Shown here piece by piece: positions 24,687 through 37,771 of a stretch of 64,000 nt of DNA. Source of the stretch: Mobula hypostoma. Its lineage: Eukaryota. The first letter of the stretch is position 1. The number at the start of each line of letters is the position of its first letter. A model generated the notes under the pieces. The model searched no databases and was not told the origin of the DNA. It saw nothing but the letters and a program-made list of their open reading frames with translations. Location of the stretch: contig NC_086097.1 in NCBI RefSeq assembly GCF_963921235.1, forward strand, positions 80,540,001 through 80,604,000. The letters run 5' to 3'. The translations under genes and the position numbers were made by a program.

Positions 24687-25630
24687 TAACTTCCTCCCCC
24701 TCCAACGGGATCCCACCACTAAGCACATCTTTCCCTCCCCCACCTCTCTGCATTCCGCAGGGATCGCTCCCTACGCAACTCCCTTGTCCATTCGTCCCCC
24801 CCATCCCTCCCCACTGATCTCCCTCCTGGCACTTATCCGTGTAAGCGGAACAAGTGCTACACATGCCCTTACACTTCCTCCCTTACCACCATTCAGGGCC
24901 CCAAACAGTCCTTCCAGGTGAGGCAACACTTCACCTGTGAGTCGACTGGGGTGATATACTGCGTCCGGTGCTCCCGATGTGGCCTTTTATATATTGGCGA
25001 GACCCAACGCAGACTGGGAAACCGTCTTGCTGAACATCTACGCTCTGTCCGCCAGAGAAAGCAGGATCTCCCAGTGGCCACACATTTTAATTCCACATCT
25101 CATTCCCATTCTGACATGTCTATCCACAGCCTCCTCTACTGTAAAGATGAAGCCACACTCAGGTTGGAGGAACAACACCTTATATTCTGTCTGGGTAGCC
25201 TCCAACCTGATGGCATGAACATCGACTTCTCTAACTTCCGCTAAGGCCCCACCTCCCCTCGTACCCCATCTGTTACTTATTTTTATGCACACATTCTTTC
25301 TCTCACTCTCCTTTTTCTCCCTCTGTCCCTCTGAATATACCTCTTGCCCATCCTCTGGGTCCCCCCACCTTGTCTTTCTTCCCGGACCTCCTGTCCCATG
25401 ATCCTCTCGTATCCCCTTTTGCCTATCACCTGTCCAGCTCTTGGCTCTATCCCTCCCCCTCCTGTCTTCTCCTATCATTTTGGATCTCCCTCTCCCCCTC
25501 CAACTTTCAAATCCCTTACTCACTCTTCCTTCAGTTAGTCCTGACGAAGGGTCTCGGCCTGAAACGTCGACTGCACCTCTTCCTACAGATGCTGCCTGGC
25601 CTGCTGCGTTCACCAGCAACTTTGATGTGT
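24687..25630 (+). mobile_element. Young 5'-truncated Penelope-like copy (GIY-YIG + terminus)
   Basis: Near-identical to 14938-15884; TSD gttgacaaattcttg at 24672-24686 and 25631-25645; ORF 24918-25244. Confidence 0.95.
25536..25573 (+). ncRNA. Minimal type I hammerhead ribozyme
   Basis: Identical to 15790-15827. Confidence 0.85.
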
Positions 25631-26369
25631 GTTGACAAATTCTTGATTGGTCAGGACAAGAAGGGATACTGGGAGAAGACAGGAGTTTAGGGCTGAGAGG
25701 AAAATTGGATCGACCATGATGAAATGGTGGAGCAGACTCGATGGCCAAGTAGCCTAATTCTGCTCCTATACCTTATGGTATTTTGTTCTTATCTACACTA
25801 TCAAACCGATGCCATTCCTTCAGGGGTGGTCACTGTATGTGGGTTAGAGAAACTTGGCAATTTCAGGAGCATAGCTCTTCAGCTGCTGGCAAAATATCCA
25901 TTTACTCACTGAAACAGAAGTCATCCCTAAAAATTCAAGTTTTGCAGTGTGAGAAACTGGAGTCAGAAAATGTTTAAAGCTCTCTCAAAGTGACCTTGTA
26001 AATAAGGGACATTCTTTCCAATTCATGGCATCACAAGCTTGTGATCATTCAACAAGGAGGTGGAGGATCTGGAAGAACACTGAGCACCTTGTGACTTTAC
26101 AATGGATTTCATTAAAGAAAAGTACAAATGCACACTTCTCAAATAATCCATCCAACCCTTTCAACGAGGCAGAGTTTCCTAGTCCTATTTCAGCTTCACT
26201 GGCCAGATTGTCCTCACAATTTGAATGTTAATGGAAGGAAGTTCAAGATGCAAGTTTATTGTTATTCAATCATACACATGTAAACAGCTAAATGAATCAC
26301 AGTTCCTCTGGGGCCAAGGTGCAAAACCCAGTACATTTAATCATACAAAGCACCGATCAGATATATGTA

Positions 26370-26790
26370 GAGCAACGCACACAAAATGCTGGAGGAACTC
26401 ATCAGTTCAGGCAGCATCTATGGAAAAGAATAAACAAACGACTTTTCAGGCCGAGACACTTTTTCCATACTGAGAAGGAAGGGGGAAGCTGCCAGAATAA
26501 AAAGGTTGTGGGAGAGGAATCAGGCTAGCTGGAAGGCGATAGGTGAAGCCAAGTGGGTGGGAAAGGTCCATGGCTCGAGAAGAAAGAGTCTAATAGGAGA
26601 GGAGAGGGAAGGAGGAGGGGACCCAGGGAGAAGTAATGGGCAGATGTGAAATAAAGGTCAAAGTGGGGAATAGAGGAAGTGGGGGGGGGGGGGGGATAGA
26701 ATTTGTTTACCGGAAGGAGAAATTGATATTAATGCCATCAGGTTGGAAGGTACCCAGACAGAATATAAAGTGTTGCTCCTCCAGCCTGAA
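26370..26790 (-). mobile_element. Older Penelope-like 3' fragment
   Basis: Minus-strand RLEEQHFIFCLGTFQPDGININFS followed by the terminus. Confidence 0.85.
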
Positions 26791-27334
26791 GTCAAATGAG
26801 CACCCAAAGTAGTGCTCATGTATGTGTTGCACTGATTCACATATCAACTTGCTCACAAAGTAGTTCTCTGGAAAACCTATGCACAGAGTTGGTCTCATCA
26901 GCAATGGGTGTCTTGTAAGATTCTATGATTGCCCTTTTCATTTTAAGCATTACTAGCTATACAAAATGTAAAGTGAATGATGCCAATCTGCTAACAGAAG
27001 TCATCAAATTATGAATTGGATAGATCATTAAACTCCAGGGATGGTTCTGTCTCCAGGGCAAAGTTCTACCTTTATAATACTCCGCTTAGAGGCTAGCACC
27101 CCAGTCTGAAATCCTAGGATCCAATCTAGATCACATACCTAATCCATGGGGTGTCAATATCCTAGGCTTCATGCAACCTAATCAACACGTAGCAATTATC
27201 TCAGAAAGGTATGATCAATATGTCACATGACACATTAATTACATTAATGGATAAATAAACTGAGATAAACTGAAGTCTAGGTTGTAGATTCTCCAGTAAT
27301 GATGAATTTGTGTAGCCTGACAATCTCGGCAGTG

Positions 27335-28105
27335 AATTGAATTGACTTTATTACTTACATCCTTCACATACATGAGGAATAAAAATCTTTACGTTACGTC
27401 TCCGTCTAAATGTGCAATGTGCAACTTAGAGTAATTTGTAATAAATAGTATGTACAACAGGACAGTTAATATAGCAAAGATATACATTTGTGTCAGTGTG
27501 AATTAGTCAGTCTGATGGCCTGGTGGAAGAAGCTGTCCCAGAGCCTGTTGGTCCTGGATTTTATGATGCAGTACCATTTCCCGGAAGGCAGCAGCTGGGA
27601 CAGTTTGTGGTTGGGGTGACTTGGGTCCCCAGTGATCCTTTGGACCCTTTTTACACACCTGTCTCTGTAAACGTCCTGAATAGTGGGAAGTTCACATCTA
27701 CAGATGCGCTGGGCTGTCCGCATCACTCACTGCAGAATACTGCAATTGAGGGAAGTATAGTTCCCATACCAGCCAGTGACGCAGCCAGTCAGGATGCTCT
27801 CAATTGTGTCCCTGTAGAAAATCCTTAGGTTTTGAGGATTCATGTCAAACTTCTTCAACCGTCTGAGGTGAAAGAGGTGCTGTTGTGCTTTTTTCACTGC
27901 ACGGCCGCTATGTACAGACCATGTGAGATCCTCAGTGATGTTTATGCCGAGGAACTTAAAGCTATTCATCCTCTCAACCTCAGATCCATTGATGTCAATA
28001 GGGGTGAGCCTGTCTCCATTCCTCCTGTTGTCCACAACCATCTCCTTTGTTTTTACGACATTGAGGGAGAGGTTGTTTTCTTGATACCACTGTGTCAGAG
28101 TGATA
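27335..28105 (-). mobile_element. Rex1/Babar-like LINE 3' end
   Basis: LTQWYQENNLSLNVVKTKEMVVD..FKFLGINITEDLTWS..IESILTGCVTGWYGN; (tcaat)n tail. Confidence 0.9.
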
Positions 28106-28341
28106 TCTATCTCCACATTCCCCTGAATTTTGAAATGAAAAATGCAGTAGTAAATTGATTGCCTGGTGTATTTCAGTCTTTCATGGGCAAAAGGGCTGGA
28201 CTACAATCCAGAAACAGTAACAAGAATTTCCCAGAAAATTAAGACTGAGGGAGTAAAATTTTGGAAATGACGAGAGCCCTATTGAAATTCTCTATCTTTT
28301 GTAATGTTGAGGAAAACTGTCATTTCAGTCAGGATTAAGGA

Positions 28342-28525
28342 GGACAGTGGTGTGGCCTCATTTCTTCAATGACCCAAGGTTAGTCCTGACTGCAGGTATA
28401 GAATTTGGGGAGTTTGGACATCCTCCCGGTGACTCAATGGTTCTTTGCTAGGTGATTTAATGCCCTTTCACACCCATCAAAAAACGGCAGTTGGCAGATT
28501 AATTGGCAATTGTAAATTACCACTG
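28342..28525 (+). mobile_element. Old V-SINE-like element
   Basis: Degenerate tRNA-like head, V-domain-like body, ttaattggcaattgtaaattacc. Confidence 0.45.
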
Positions 28526-28902
28526 AGAACCAGAAATGAGTCAATGGGCCAAATGGATTTCTTCTATATTGTAAATAATTTAAAATAAATGGATATGTGA
28601 GATCCAGAAAACTTCAACAACGGCAAATTTTCATTACATTTTTTTCTTGCTGCCTCCACTTAGTTTTGTGTATGCTTGTACCTACAATTCATAGTAACCA
28701 ATGTTCATAAGAGATAAGAGATGTAATTTAAAATGTTCCTTAACAATCAAGAATAATATCTATTAAGGTGACACTTCAAATCCGTACGAACTTGTCAACT
28801 GGTCCTGATCAGCAAATACATTAGCATGTACTTTAAATGCAATCAAAGAACACAATGAAAATTAACAAATCTTCCTGCTCATGAGCCATTAGTTTTCTTC
28901 TG

Positions 28903-29755
28903 TCAAAGTCAAAGTACATTTATTATCTAAGTCTGTATGTGTTATACAACCCTGAGATTCATCTTCTTACAGGCAGATGCAAAACAGTGAACCCATTAAA
29001 ACAAAAGAAGACCAAACACTCGACGTGCAGAGAGAAAAAAAAGGGAAAAAATGTGCGAACAATAAAAGTAAGCAAACTAGCATTCAGAACTGAAATTCAC
29101 AAAAGTGAGTCCACACTGCGATAGTTGCAGGCCACAGCTGCAGTTCAGTGCAGAGGTGAGTAAAATTCACAGGGCAGTGATTTGAACCAACCCGTCCCTC
29201 ACCTCAGCCCCCGACACTCTGTCCTTTTCTATCTGGTCCAGCGCTTAAACCGTCCCGATCTTGCTCTCAGACCCATACCCTGCTGCTTCAATATGCTCTT
29301 GCGATGGTGCCCCACCACCTCAATTTGGCTTGTACCCAACTTTTCCAATTCAGCTGTCACTTAAATCCATAAAATCTGAGGTCTTTCCTCACTCTCAGGT
29401 GTGGGTCCGGGCCGCCTTGGCCGCATCGCCTCCGCTCTCCTCACCTCAGTCCTGCTGAATCGAATTGCCTCCAAGTCCACACCAGCCAAATGTTGACTCC
29501 TTCCCAGCTCTCCGGCCCGGAGCCTGCCGCCTTCATTCAGCTTATACCAGCACGCCGCAACAATGCCACACCTTCGAGACTTCAGTTTCCACCGCAAAAA
29601 CGCTAGGTCGTACAGGTGGATCAAAAGCTCAACTACAACAGGGAAGTTATAGTCTATTGTTTGCAGTGATTGTTCAGCAGAAAAATGTGATTAATGTAGT
29701 TATTTTCTTTATTTGCCACCAGCAAGCAGTCCCTGAGCGTCACCAGCGCCATCTT
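28903..29755 (-). mobile_element. Non-coding LINE-derived non-autonomous element
   Basis: Minus strand begins aagatggcgctgg and ends gaatctcagggttgtata..taataaatgtactttgactttga, the same tail type as the Rex1-like copy ending at 1920. Confidence 0.55.
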
Positions 29756-30345
29756 CAAATCATGTGTAAATTAGTGAAAATCATAAATGCTGTTGACTTC
29801 AATGAAGTAGAATTATCATAATAATCACCGTGCTCAGAAAACAAGCCCCAAAAGTCCAAGGAAAATACTGTGTGACTTAAGTAACAATACAAGTCGACCA
29901 CAATATAAATGATGCATTTATACCATGCAAGCACCCCTACCTCCACCAATATATAGAGCTATGAGATTACATTGACCAAGACCCCAGGAAGAACTGGCTC
30001 CTGCTCATCTGGAGCAGCAGTGTGTTTCTCATGAGGTAGAAAGTCTGTCAACCAGCTCAGGGAAATTATGCAGGTAATTATAATTTAAAGACATGATACT
30101 CAATGGGTCTGGTGAAAAACTTATCAAAATATATCCATGGGAACCACACAAGTTCCATCAGGATTCAGCCATATGTTTCTCCTTAATACTAAAGTAGCTG
30201 ATTATTTACAGGTGATCTTAACTCTTTGCACAGCCACATTACTTTTTGCGACACATCAAAAGAAACAATCCACACATTGCTGACGCTGAAAAATATTTTC
30301 AACATTTTGTCACCTTAGGAATGAAGGGAGTTGCACTGCAGTCCC

Positions 30346-31683
30346 AAACAAGAGAGAACGCGCAAATGCTGGAAATCTGAGCAACACACACAAAATGCTG
30401 GAGGAACTCAGCAGGCCAGGTAGCATCTTGGAAAAGAGTACAGTCAACGTTTTGGGCTGAGACCCTTTGGCAGGACTGGAGAAAAAAATGCTGAGAAGAT
30501 TTAAAAGTTTCGGGGAGGAGAGAGAGAAACACCAGGTGATGGATGCAACCCAAAGGGGGAGGGATGAAGTAAAGAGCTGGGAAGTTGATAGGTAAAAGGG
30601 ACAGAAGGCCATGCAAGGAAAAAAAAGGGGGGAGGAGCACCAGAGGGAAGTGATGGGTGGGCAAGGAGATAAGGTGAGAGAGGGAAAAGGGGATAGGAAA
30701 TGGTGAAGGAGAGGGGGCTGGGTGGGCATTACCAGAAGTTTGAGAAATTGCTGTTCATGCCATCAGGTTGGAGGCTACCTAAGCTATAAGGTGTTGTTCC
30801 TTCAGCCTAATGACAGTAGAGGAAGCCATGGATAGAAATATCAGAATGGGAATGGGAAATGGAATTAAAATGGGTGGCCACTGGGAGATCCTGCTTTTTG
30901 AGGTGCTTGGCGAAGTGGTATCTCAATCTATGTCAGTTCTGACCGTTATACAGGAGGCTACATCGGGAGCACTGGACAAAGTAGTGACCCTTTCAGACTC
31001 ACGGGTGAAGTGTCACCTCACCTGGAAAGGCTGCTTATGGCCATGAATGGTAGTGAGGGAGGTGATGTAGGGGCAGGTGTAGCACTTGTTCCACTTGCAA
31101 GGATAAGTGGCAGGAGGGAGATCAGTGGAGAGGGACAAATGGACAAGGGAGTTGCGTTGACTGTACTCTTTTCCAAGATGCTACCTGGCCTGCTGAGTTC
31201 CTCCAGCATTTTGTGTGTGTTGCTCAGATTTCCAGCATTTGCGCGTTCTCTCTTGTTTGGGACTGCAGTGCAACTCCCTTCATTCCTAAGGTGAACATGA
31301 GGGAAAGATGTGCTTGGTGAAGGGATCCCGTTAGAGATGGCTGAAGTTTTGGAGAATTATGTGCTGGACGCAGAAGCTGGTGGGGTGGTAGGTGAGGACA
31401 AGAAGAACCCTATCCCCAGTGGGAGGATGGGGTAAGAGCAGAAATGAGTGAAATAGAAGAGATGCGGTTGAGGGCAGTGTTGATGGTGGAGGAAGGGAAG
31501 CCCCTTTCTTTGAAATAGGAGGACATCTCCCTCATTCTAGAATGAAAAGCCTCATTCTGAGAGCAGATGCAGCAGAGGCAGAGGAATTGAGAGAAGGGGA
31601 TGGCATTTTTACAAGTAACAGGGTGGGAAGAGAAATAGTCCAGGTAGCTGTGAGAGTCCATGGGTTTGTAATAGACATCAGTG
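30346..31683 (-). mobile_element. Older degenerate Penelope-like copy containing a 140-bp inverted insertion
   Basis: TDVYYKPMDSHSYLDYFSSHP..ERGFPSSTI; degenerate GIY-YIG; decayed hammerhead 30441-30478. Confidence 0.9.
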
Positions 31684-32149
31684 TACAGTCCAGGTAGCTG
31701 CAGTCTGTTTCCTTTGGACACAACATATCTCAACAAATATCATGCATACACAGTTAATACGTGCATGTTCTCTCAGCTTAACAGCAGAGTCAAAACTTCA
31801 GCACAGTCCTGTGTATAAAAGCAACAGGTAATAGAAAGGGACAAAAAAGTGTTCTACTGAAAATCTAACAGCTGACGTGAGGAGCACCTGTGGAAAGAGA
31901 ATAGGGTATCTAGAAAGCTGGACTAGAAATTGAGATCAGGCAAAATTGGATGAATTAAAAGAAAGGTGCATGTTTGGGTGCAGGGTGGAGCAGTTCAATG
32001 GTGGCCTGAGCGAGAGTGAGTGCTGTGAGAATGGCATAAGGAACAAACATGGATGCAGGAATCCAGATGGTCAAGCAGCATCTGTGGAGGGGAAAGCAGT
32101 TGTTGTTGGTGCTTCAAATCAAAACCCTGCATTATGGTTCTTCACAAAT

Positions 32150-32798
32150 GTTGGATTTTTGTTCCCACTGTGTGGCCTAGCACTTTGCTACTGCCAGGAA
32201 CGGCCTGGAAGGCGTGCACCCTCGGGGCTGGGAAGTCAGAAGTCAGAAGTCGTGGTCGACCCAGTTCCTCGCTGGCTGAAGCGTAGTGAACACCGAGACA
32301 ACAGGCAGTGGGTTTGCTAATCACTGGCTGCTGTCAGAGGAAGGCCCCTGTACTCAAGTGATCATTCGTCTCTCTCTCTCTCTCTCTCCCCACCTCTCCC
32401 CCTCTTCACCACCCCCCCCCAAAGCAACATGGAAGTTTGTAACAGTGGAACAGTGAGTTGCTGATCTTCATTCCCTTTGTTGTCCAGCAACCTCCCTCTC
32501 CCTAACTGCAGAGAGAGAGCCTGTCTGAGATACCAGTGCTGCTTTGTGAACTGTGGTTTGATGGACTCTGGGTCAATAAACTCAGGTGTTACTGTTTCTG
32601 CTGACATGGTAGGGGAAAGGTGGTTGGTCAATGCTTTTTCTGAGCTGGTGCAAAGGGAGAGGTGAGGGGGGGCTTTGGGACTTCAATGTTTCTATCATTC
32701 TTTGGGGGTTCTTCATTTTGTTCCTGTCTGTGAAGAGGAAGAATTTCAGGTTGTATACTATATACGTACTCTGATATTAAATGTACTTTGAAACTTTG
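32150..32798 (+). mobile_element. Non-coding LINE-tail element nested between two old inverted Penelope termini
   Basis: Ends gaatttcaggttgtata..aaatgtactttgaaactttga; Penelope-terminus-like sequence at ~32050-32135 (-) and ~32815-32960 (+). Confidence 0.5.
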
Positions 32799-34741
32799 AT
32801 TAATAGTCCATTCTCCAGTCATCCTGATGCAGGGCTTTAACCAGAAATGTTAACGATTCCTCCCTAACCTTTCCCACCCCAGCCCTTCCATACATGCTGC
32901 TCCATGCACTGAATTCCTCCAGCTTATTGCTCCGGATTACTGCATCTGCAGTATTTTGATTCCATGAATGAAGAGTTAAAGGCCAACAGCAACTTTATGA
33001 ATTTCAGATCAATCATTCACAATGGTCTATGGGCACGAGTTGTTGATAATGATTACTTTTCTGTTATCAGATCCTGGGTTTTCAAACTGGGGTGTCATGC
33101 AACAAAGATATCCACACCAGAAGCTTATCATATCTCATTTTCAGCCGCTCTTATATTTCTTAATATTGACAGCTCTGACTGAAGTTATCGATGAGAAACT
33201 TTAACTCCATTTCCCTCTGTAAGTGAACATGCTGAGCCTTGATATTTATTGGATACAGATTATATGCAGTAAGTTTACATACATCCCAATTAAATTAACA
33301 GATGGAACTCATTAATATGCCTGCTTTCTATACTGATGGTGACACTAATTTTTAAACAGTTGCAATATCTTGAGATTTTTAGCTCCTTGGTTACTTTATC
33401 CCATAATATCGTATAAAATCAAACACTATTCACAAAGTGCTGATTATCAGAATCTCAGCATGTTAGCATGATAACACTAAAGCAGATTTCAGACATTGAA
33501 CAAAGACATTATTTATATAGACACCCAAAGCAAAATGAAGTTGCTATTAAAAATAAAGCTACTCACTGTTGTGTAAAAGAGTTTGCTGACAGCAGAAAAT
33601 AATTAAACACATTTCAGTGTAGCTCAGTTCCTTAAAAGTGTGTTCATTATAAAGCCCAGTAGGCTAATTACTAAGGAAGTAACAAGATTGATGGGAGAGG
33701 GATCTGACGATGCGGTGGGCAGACACTCAGTCAAGGTGACAACAGGGAGCGCTCAATAAGTTCCCAACCTCCCCTCCAACATAGACACACACACACACAA
33801 AAATCGATGACGAGCTCGGGGAGAGTTAGGGACTTAATAACTAGCAGCCTCAAAGAGAAAAGGATTCACATCATGTGGACCAGTTAGCTGATGACCAAAT
33901 AATTCAATTTACAACAGTGCTTTACAATTCACTACCAGAAAAAGGTTGGAAAAATTGTGGTGGTGCAGATGAAATTACAATTGCAAGTACACACAGAGTG
34001 CTTTAGTATTATGATCATTACATCATGGTATCACTCTAACTAGATATTGGGCAGTAAAGTTGATCTCAAGATTAAGGAAAAAACATTGAACGATACAATT
34101 ACAGCAGATGCTTATTTTTAGAATATCTATAAGGATTCAAACATATAAGAATTATTTTCCCTCACTATGTACAGATAGAGGATTTAAATTGACAGCAATA
34201 CTTTGGTTCCTATTCACAGACTCTACACAATCACAGGAACAGCAGGATGAATAGAATCTGTATTATTTGGTAAAAATTCTTGAAGAGTTGTGCATAGAAG
34301 TGGGGGGGGGGGTGGTGGGAACTGGAAAGGAAAGCTGCTGCATGTACTCTACATTCAAGCACTAACTGAAGAATATTTTTCACCCTTCATTTAGGATAGG
34401 GCTTCAAAACATGAAAGAAAATGTCAGCAGGAACCAGGTGGACTGACATGGGCAGTTCCAGAGGGAATGGCAGGCTGTCAGCAATGAGGGGAATCTGACA
34501 GGCAACGCATGACATGGACTTCCATGTATGTGCTTTGAAAGAAGCAAGTACAATTGGAGCTGGATGCTTGATGCCTTCTTCACTGAGGGACTCTCCAGTG
34601 AGCTCAGTAGTGAAGCAGCAATGTGAAGAGCAGGTCCAGGTATACATTGCATGCTTCCCCAGGTTTCCATCATGGAGAATGACAGTGTCAACAGTGAAAA
34701 GAGATTTGTTGGACATGTGGGGAGATAAGATAAATGCCTTG

Positions 34742-34990
34742 ATTTACAGCTTCTTATTTCATCCTTTTCCCCCCTCCCCACCACCCACCTCTCCCCTCAC
34801 CTGGTCTCACCTATCAGCTGCCAGCTTGTACTCCTTCCCCTCTCCCTCTCCTCCTTATTCTGGCTTCTGTCCCCTTCCTTTCCAGTCTTGATGGGGTGGG
34901 GGGGTCTCAGCCTGAATCATCGTTTATTCTCCTCCATAGATGCTGCCTGACTTACTGAGCTCCTCCAGCATTTTGTGTATGTTTCTCTTG
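34742..34990 (+). mobile_element. Older Penelope-like 3' terminus fragment
   Basis: cacctatcagctgccagcttg...ggtctcagcctgaa...tagatgctgcctgacttactgagctcctccagcattttgtg. Confidence 0.75.
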
Positions 34991-35039
34991 GCTTAGCTTA
35001 TCTTGATCTTTGAGTTTGTTATCACTTTGCATTACTAGA

Positions 35040-35352
35040 ATTATAGAAGGTGAAATAGCATGGAAACAGGCTCTTCAGCCCATCAAGTCCATGCCAACAA
35101 TCAACCGCCCGTATGTAAACTAATCTCGCTCTCACCCAACATTCCCATCGATACACCCCGCCCTCTATATTCTACTATTTGCAAACATAATGACAATCTA
35201 CAGTAGACAGTTATCCAAATAAACGGCACATTTTTTGTAAACAGGAGCCCAGAGAAAACCCATGAAGTCACAAGGAGAATATGCACAGGAAGGAGCACTG
35301 GAGGCCAGGATTGAACCCGAGTGAGGCAACAGCTCCACTAGCGCCACAACCA
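35040..35352 (-). mobile_element. V-SINE/HE1-like SINE with CR1-type tail
   Basis: B-box-like gggttcaatcctg on minus strand (~35306-35318), V-domain-like body, CR1-like 3' tail. Confidence 0.55.
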
Positions 35353-37576
35353 TGACTCACAATTTATGAAAAATTAATTCAGTAATTATTAACTACTTGA
35401 ATAGTTTTCAATGTCCCTAATGGATAGCAAAAATAAAGTTTAAGATGTCTTTTACCGGCAGAAATCTGTGAAAGACTATCATGGTATCAGAGGCAGAACC
35501 AGCTCAAATGCCCATAATGCTCATGACGGGACGTAGCTTCAATTCATCGTCTCGGTGCAGGCTCACTTCATTAATCCCTCTGCATGTTAGAAAGCTGTGG
35601 GCAGGAACAGTGTTCAGATCAGGCAGGATCTGTGATGATCCAATCCATCCTAATCTTTGAATTGAGCTTCTCTTTCTTAAACTCCTTAAGAAAGTTGCTT
35701 TATACTCCTAATAACAGGTGTTATCACAGAGGTTGAGGTTATTCATCAGAGGGAATCAGTCAGAAGAGCAATTGAAGCAGTGAGATAACTGCAGTGAGAA
35801 TCCTCCAGCAATGCCATTTATTTCCTAGTTAATGAAAACAAAGCATTAAAAAAGATTGTGATTGCATGATTATTCCATGAATATTTCATTTTAAATTCAT
35901 TTTTCCCCACTGACAATAATCAAAACACAAAGAACCAGCAATTGCTTTTCACCACTAAATTGTCTCATTAATTATCATGCATGAAATTTCTTAATGTGTG
36001 CTTCATTCTGACAATCATCAAAGCTGTGCTTGAATCCGTGCTTAAATCCCAACCCTTTTGATTCCTGGAGCCTTGGATGTTTGAATTTCCTACATGAATG
36101 AAGAATAACTAGTATTCCACTGACCCACTACTGACCTTCAGATTTTCTAGTTCATGAGCCATACTTTATGATATACAGAAGTGTTGTTTTACACCATAGT
36201 ACAAGCTACATTATCATACAGTTAGGCAAAATCATTTTGGTCTTTTCATTGAAATAGCTGAAAATTGTTCAGGGGTAACCTATTCTCTTTTGATGTACAT
36301 TCAATCTTGATTTTAAATAAATTCTACTCGAACAAAAAATGTGGAAAAAAAATGGAAACGTGAAGTATCATTCTACTTACATAATTCGGGACCAATGCAA
36401 TCAATTGACAAAGCAAACGAAGCATTGCTTTTATTGAAATGGCTCAAATGATGCCTCCATTCTGACTGTATGTTCTGTAATGAACCACAATGTGGACAGT
36501 AACTATTGATATTTGTATTCACCTGTTCTGAGTTGGTATACAGCATAGAAACACAATATAACTTATATCTATTGATCCTGAACCAAAAAGAATGCTTGCC
36601 CAACTACCAACATGACAAATCCCATAATGGAAACCACATAACTAAGAAGAGTTGCTCTTAACAAAGTCTATTAAAGAACAAATTACATTTGTAAATTTAA
36701 AAGATTGATTAATTAGATTAATTTCTTGCTTCAATATTTTCCCACACTTAACCGATTCTCCAAATTAAAAAAGGAAACCAAAGAAGGGAATGCGTTGATT
36801 GAAAAGATGCTGAAGGTAGGTAGTCTTACAATGTTTAAGAAGCATCTTGAAGAGCATTTGAATCACCAAGGTGAAGAATGTTACAGACCAAATGCTGGAA
36901 AATGGGATTATTATAGATAGGTACTTCATTGTCAGCATAGACATCGTGGGCCTTAGGGCCTGCTGCTGTGTTGTATGCCTTCATGACAATGTACCTCTAC
37001 TCTGGCTCACTAATACTCTTAAAGGAAGTAAATTTGATGGGGTTAGCTATATAGTCTCATTGTGGTTTCTGGCCCACAAAAGTGTGTTTGACTTTAACTG
37101 CACCTGAATTGGACACGCCACTCACTTCAAAAGGCATTTGGGAATGGGACAAGAGTGGCCAAAGGCACCCATACCTGTGAATGAATGTAGAAGCTAGGCA
37201 TCACAAAGCTTAATAGAGACATCAGCACCTGATGACTGAGGGAAATCTAGTTTGAGTTCTCATCCCAAATGCAGGGTTTGGTAGCACAGACAAGCTGAGG
37301 CTGGGCTAATTAGACTATAGCAGTCTCCCTGTTTGGCAGCCTAATTTGGAAGAAACCAATCTGCGCTGAATTGTGGGGATCTTCACATTTTGCTGATGCG
37401 AGACTTCATTTCAGTTTTGCACTTTACAAAACCACCTTCTCAGTGAAAAAAAATATCGTCCTTGGATCCTCTCTAAATCTCTTACTCAACTGCTTAAAGC
37501 TGTGCCCACTGTGACTTGAACACCTCTGTCAAGGGGCTTTCTACACCTTTTTGCCCTACCCTGTTTTATTGTCTAC

Positions 37577-37771
37577 TGTAGCGATGTGCTACACACAGCG
37601 CTAGAATAACCACACAGAGTCGGTGAGTTGGAGTTGCGATGAAAGAGGTTTATTCAAACTTCGCGGCCCGCTTTAAAGCCTTCCCGTTCCCGCCCTTTTT
37701 GCTGCTGGCCCTCTGCCTGCGCACGCTGTTTCGTGAGCTGGTTCGTGGGTGTCAGAAAGTGGGTCGCCACA
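37577..37771 (-). repeat. 3' LTR
   Basis: TGT...ACA; 6 differences from 41580-41774. Confidence 0.97.

Larger units (their letters stand above)
23370..25785 (+). mobile_element. CR1 LINE RT and 3' end, with nested CR1 tail (~23992-24218) and Penelope copy
   Basis: ttttcagaaggcctttgacaaggtgccacac (FQKAFDKVPH); RIQRRFMKMIPGL..YSLEFRRMRGNLIE. Confidence 0.88.

Noticed and set aside
25038..25748. 236-aa minus-strand ORF, and similar ORFs at 12224-12679 and 15556-15873
   Set aside because: Antisense reading of the pyrimidine-rich Penelope 3' region crossing insertion junctions
36373..36603. 76-aa minus-strand ORF ending at a GTAAGT donor-like site
   Set aside because: Weak acceptors, no recognisable homology, length within chance expectation
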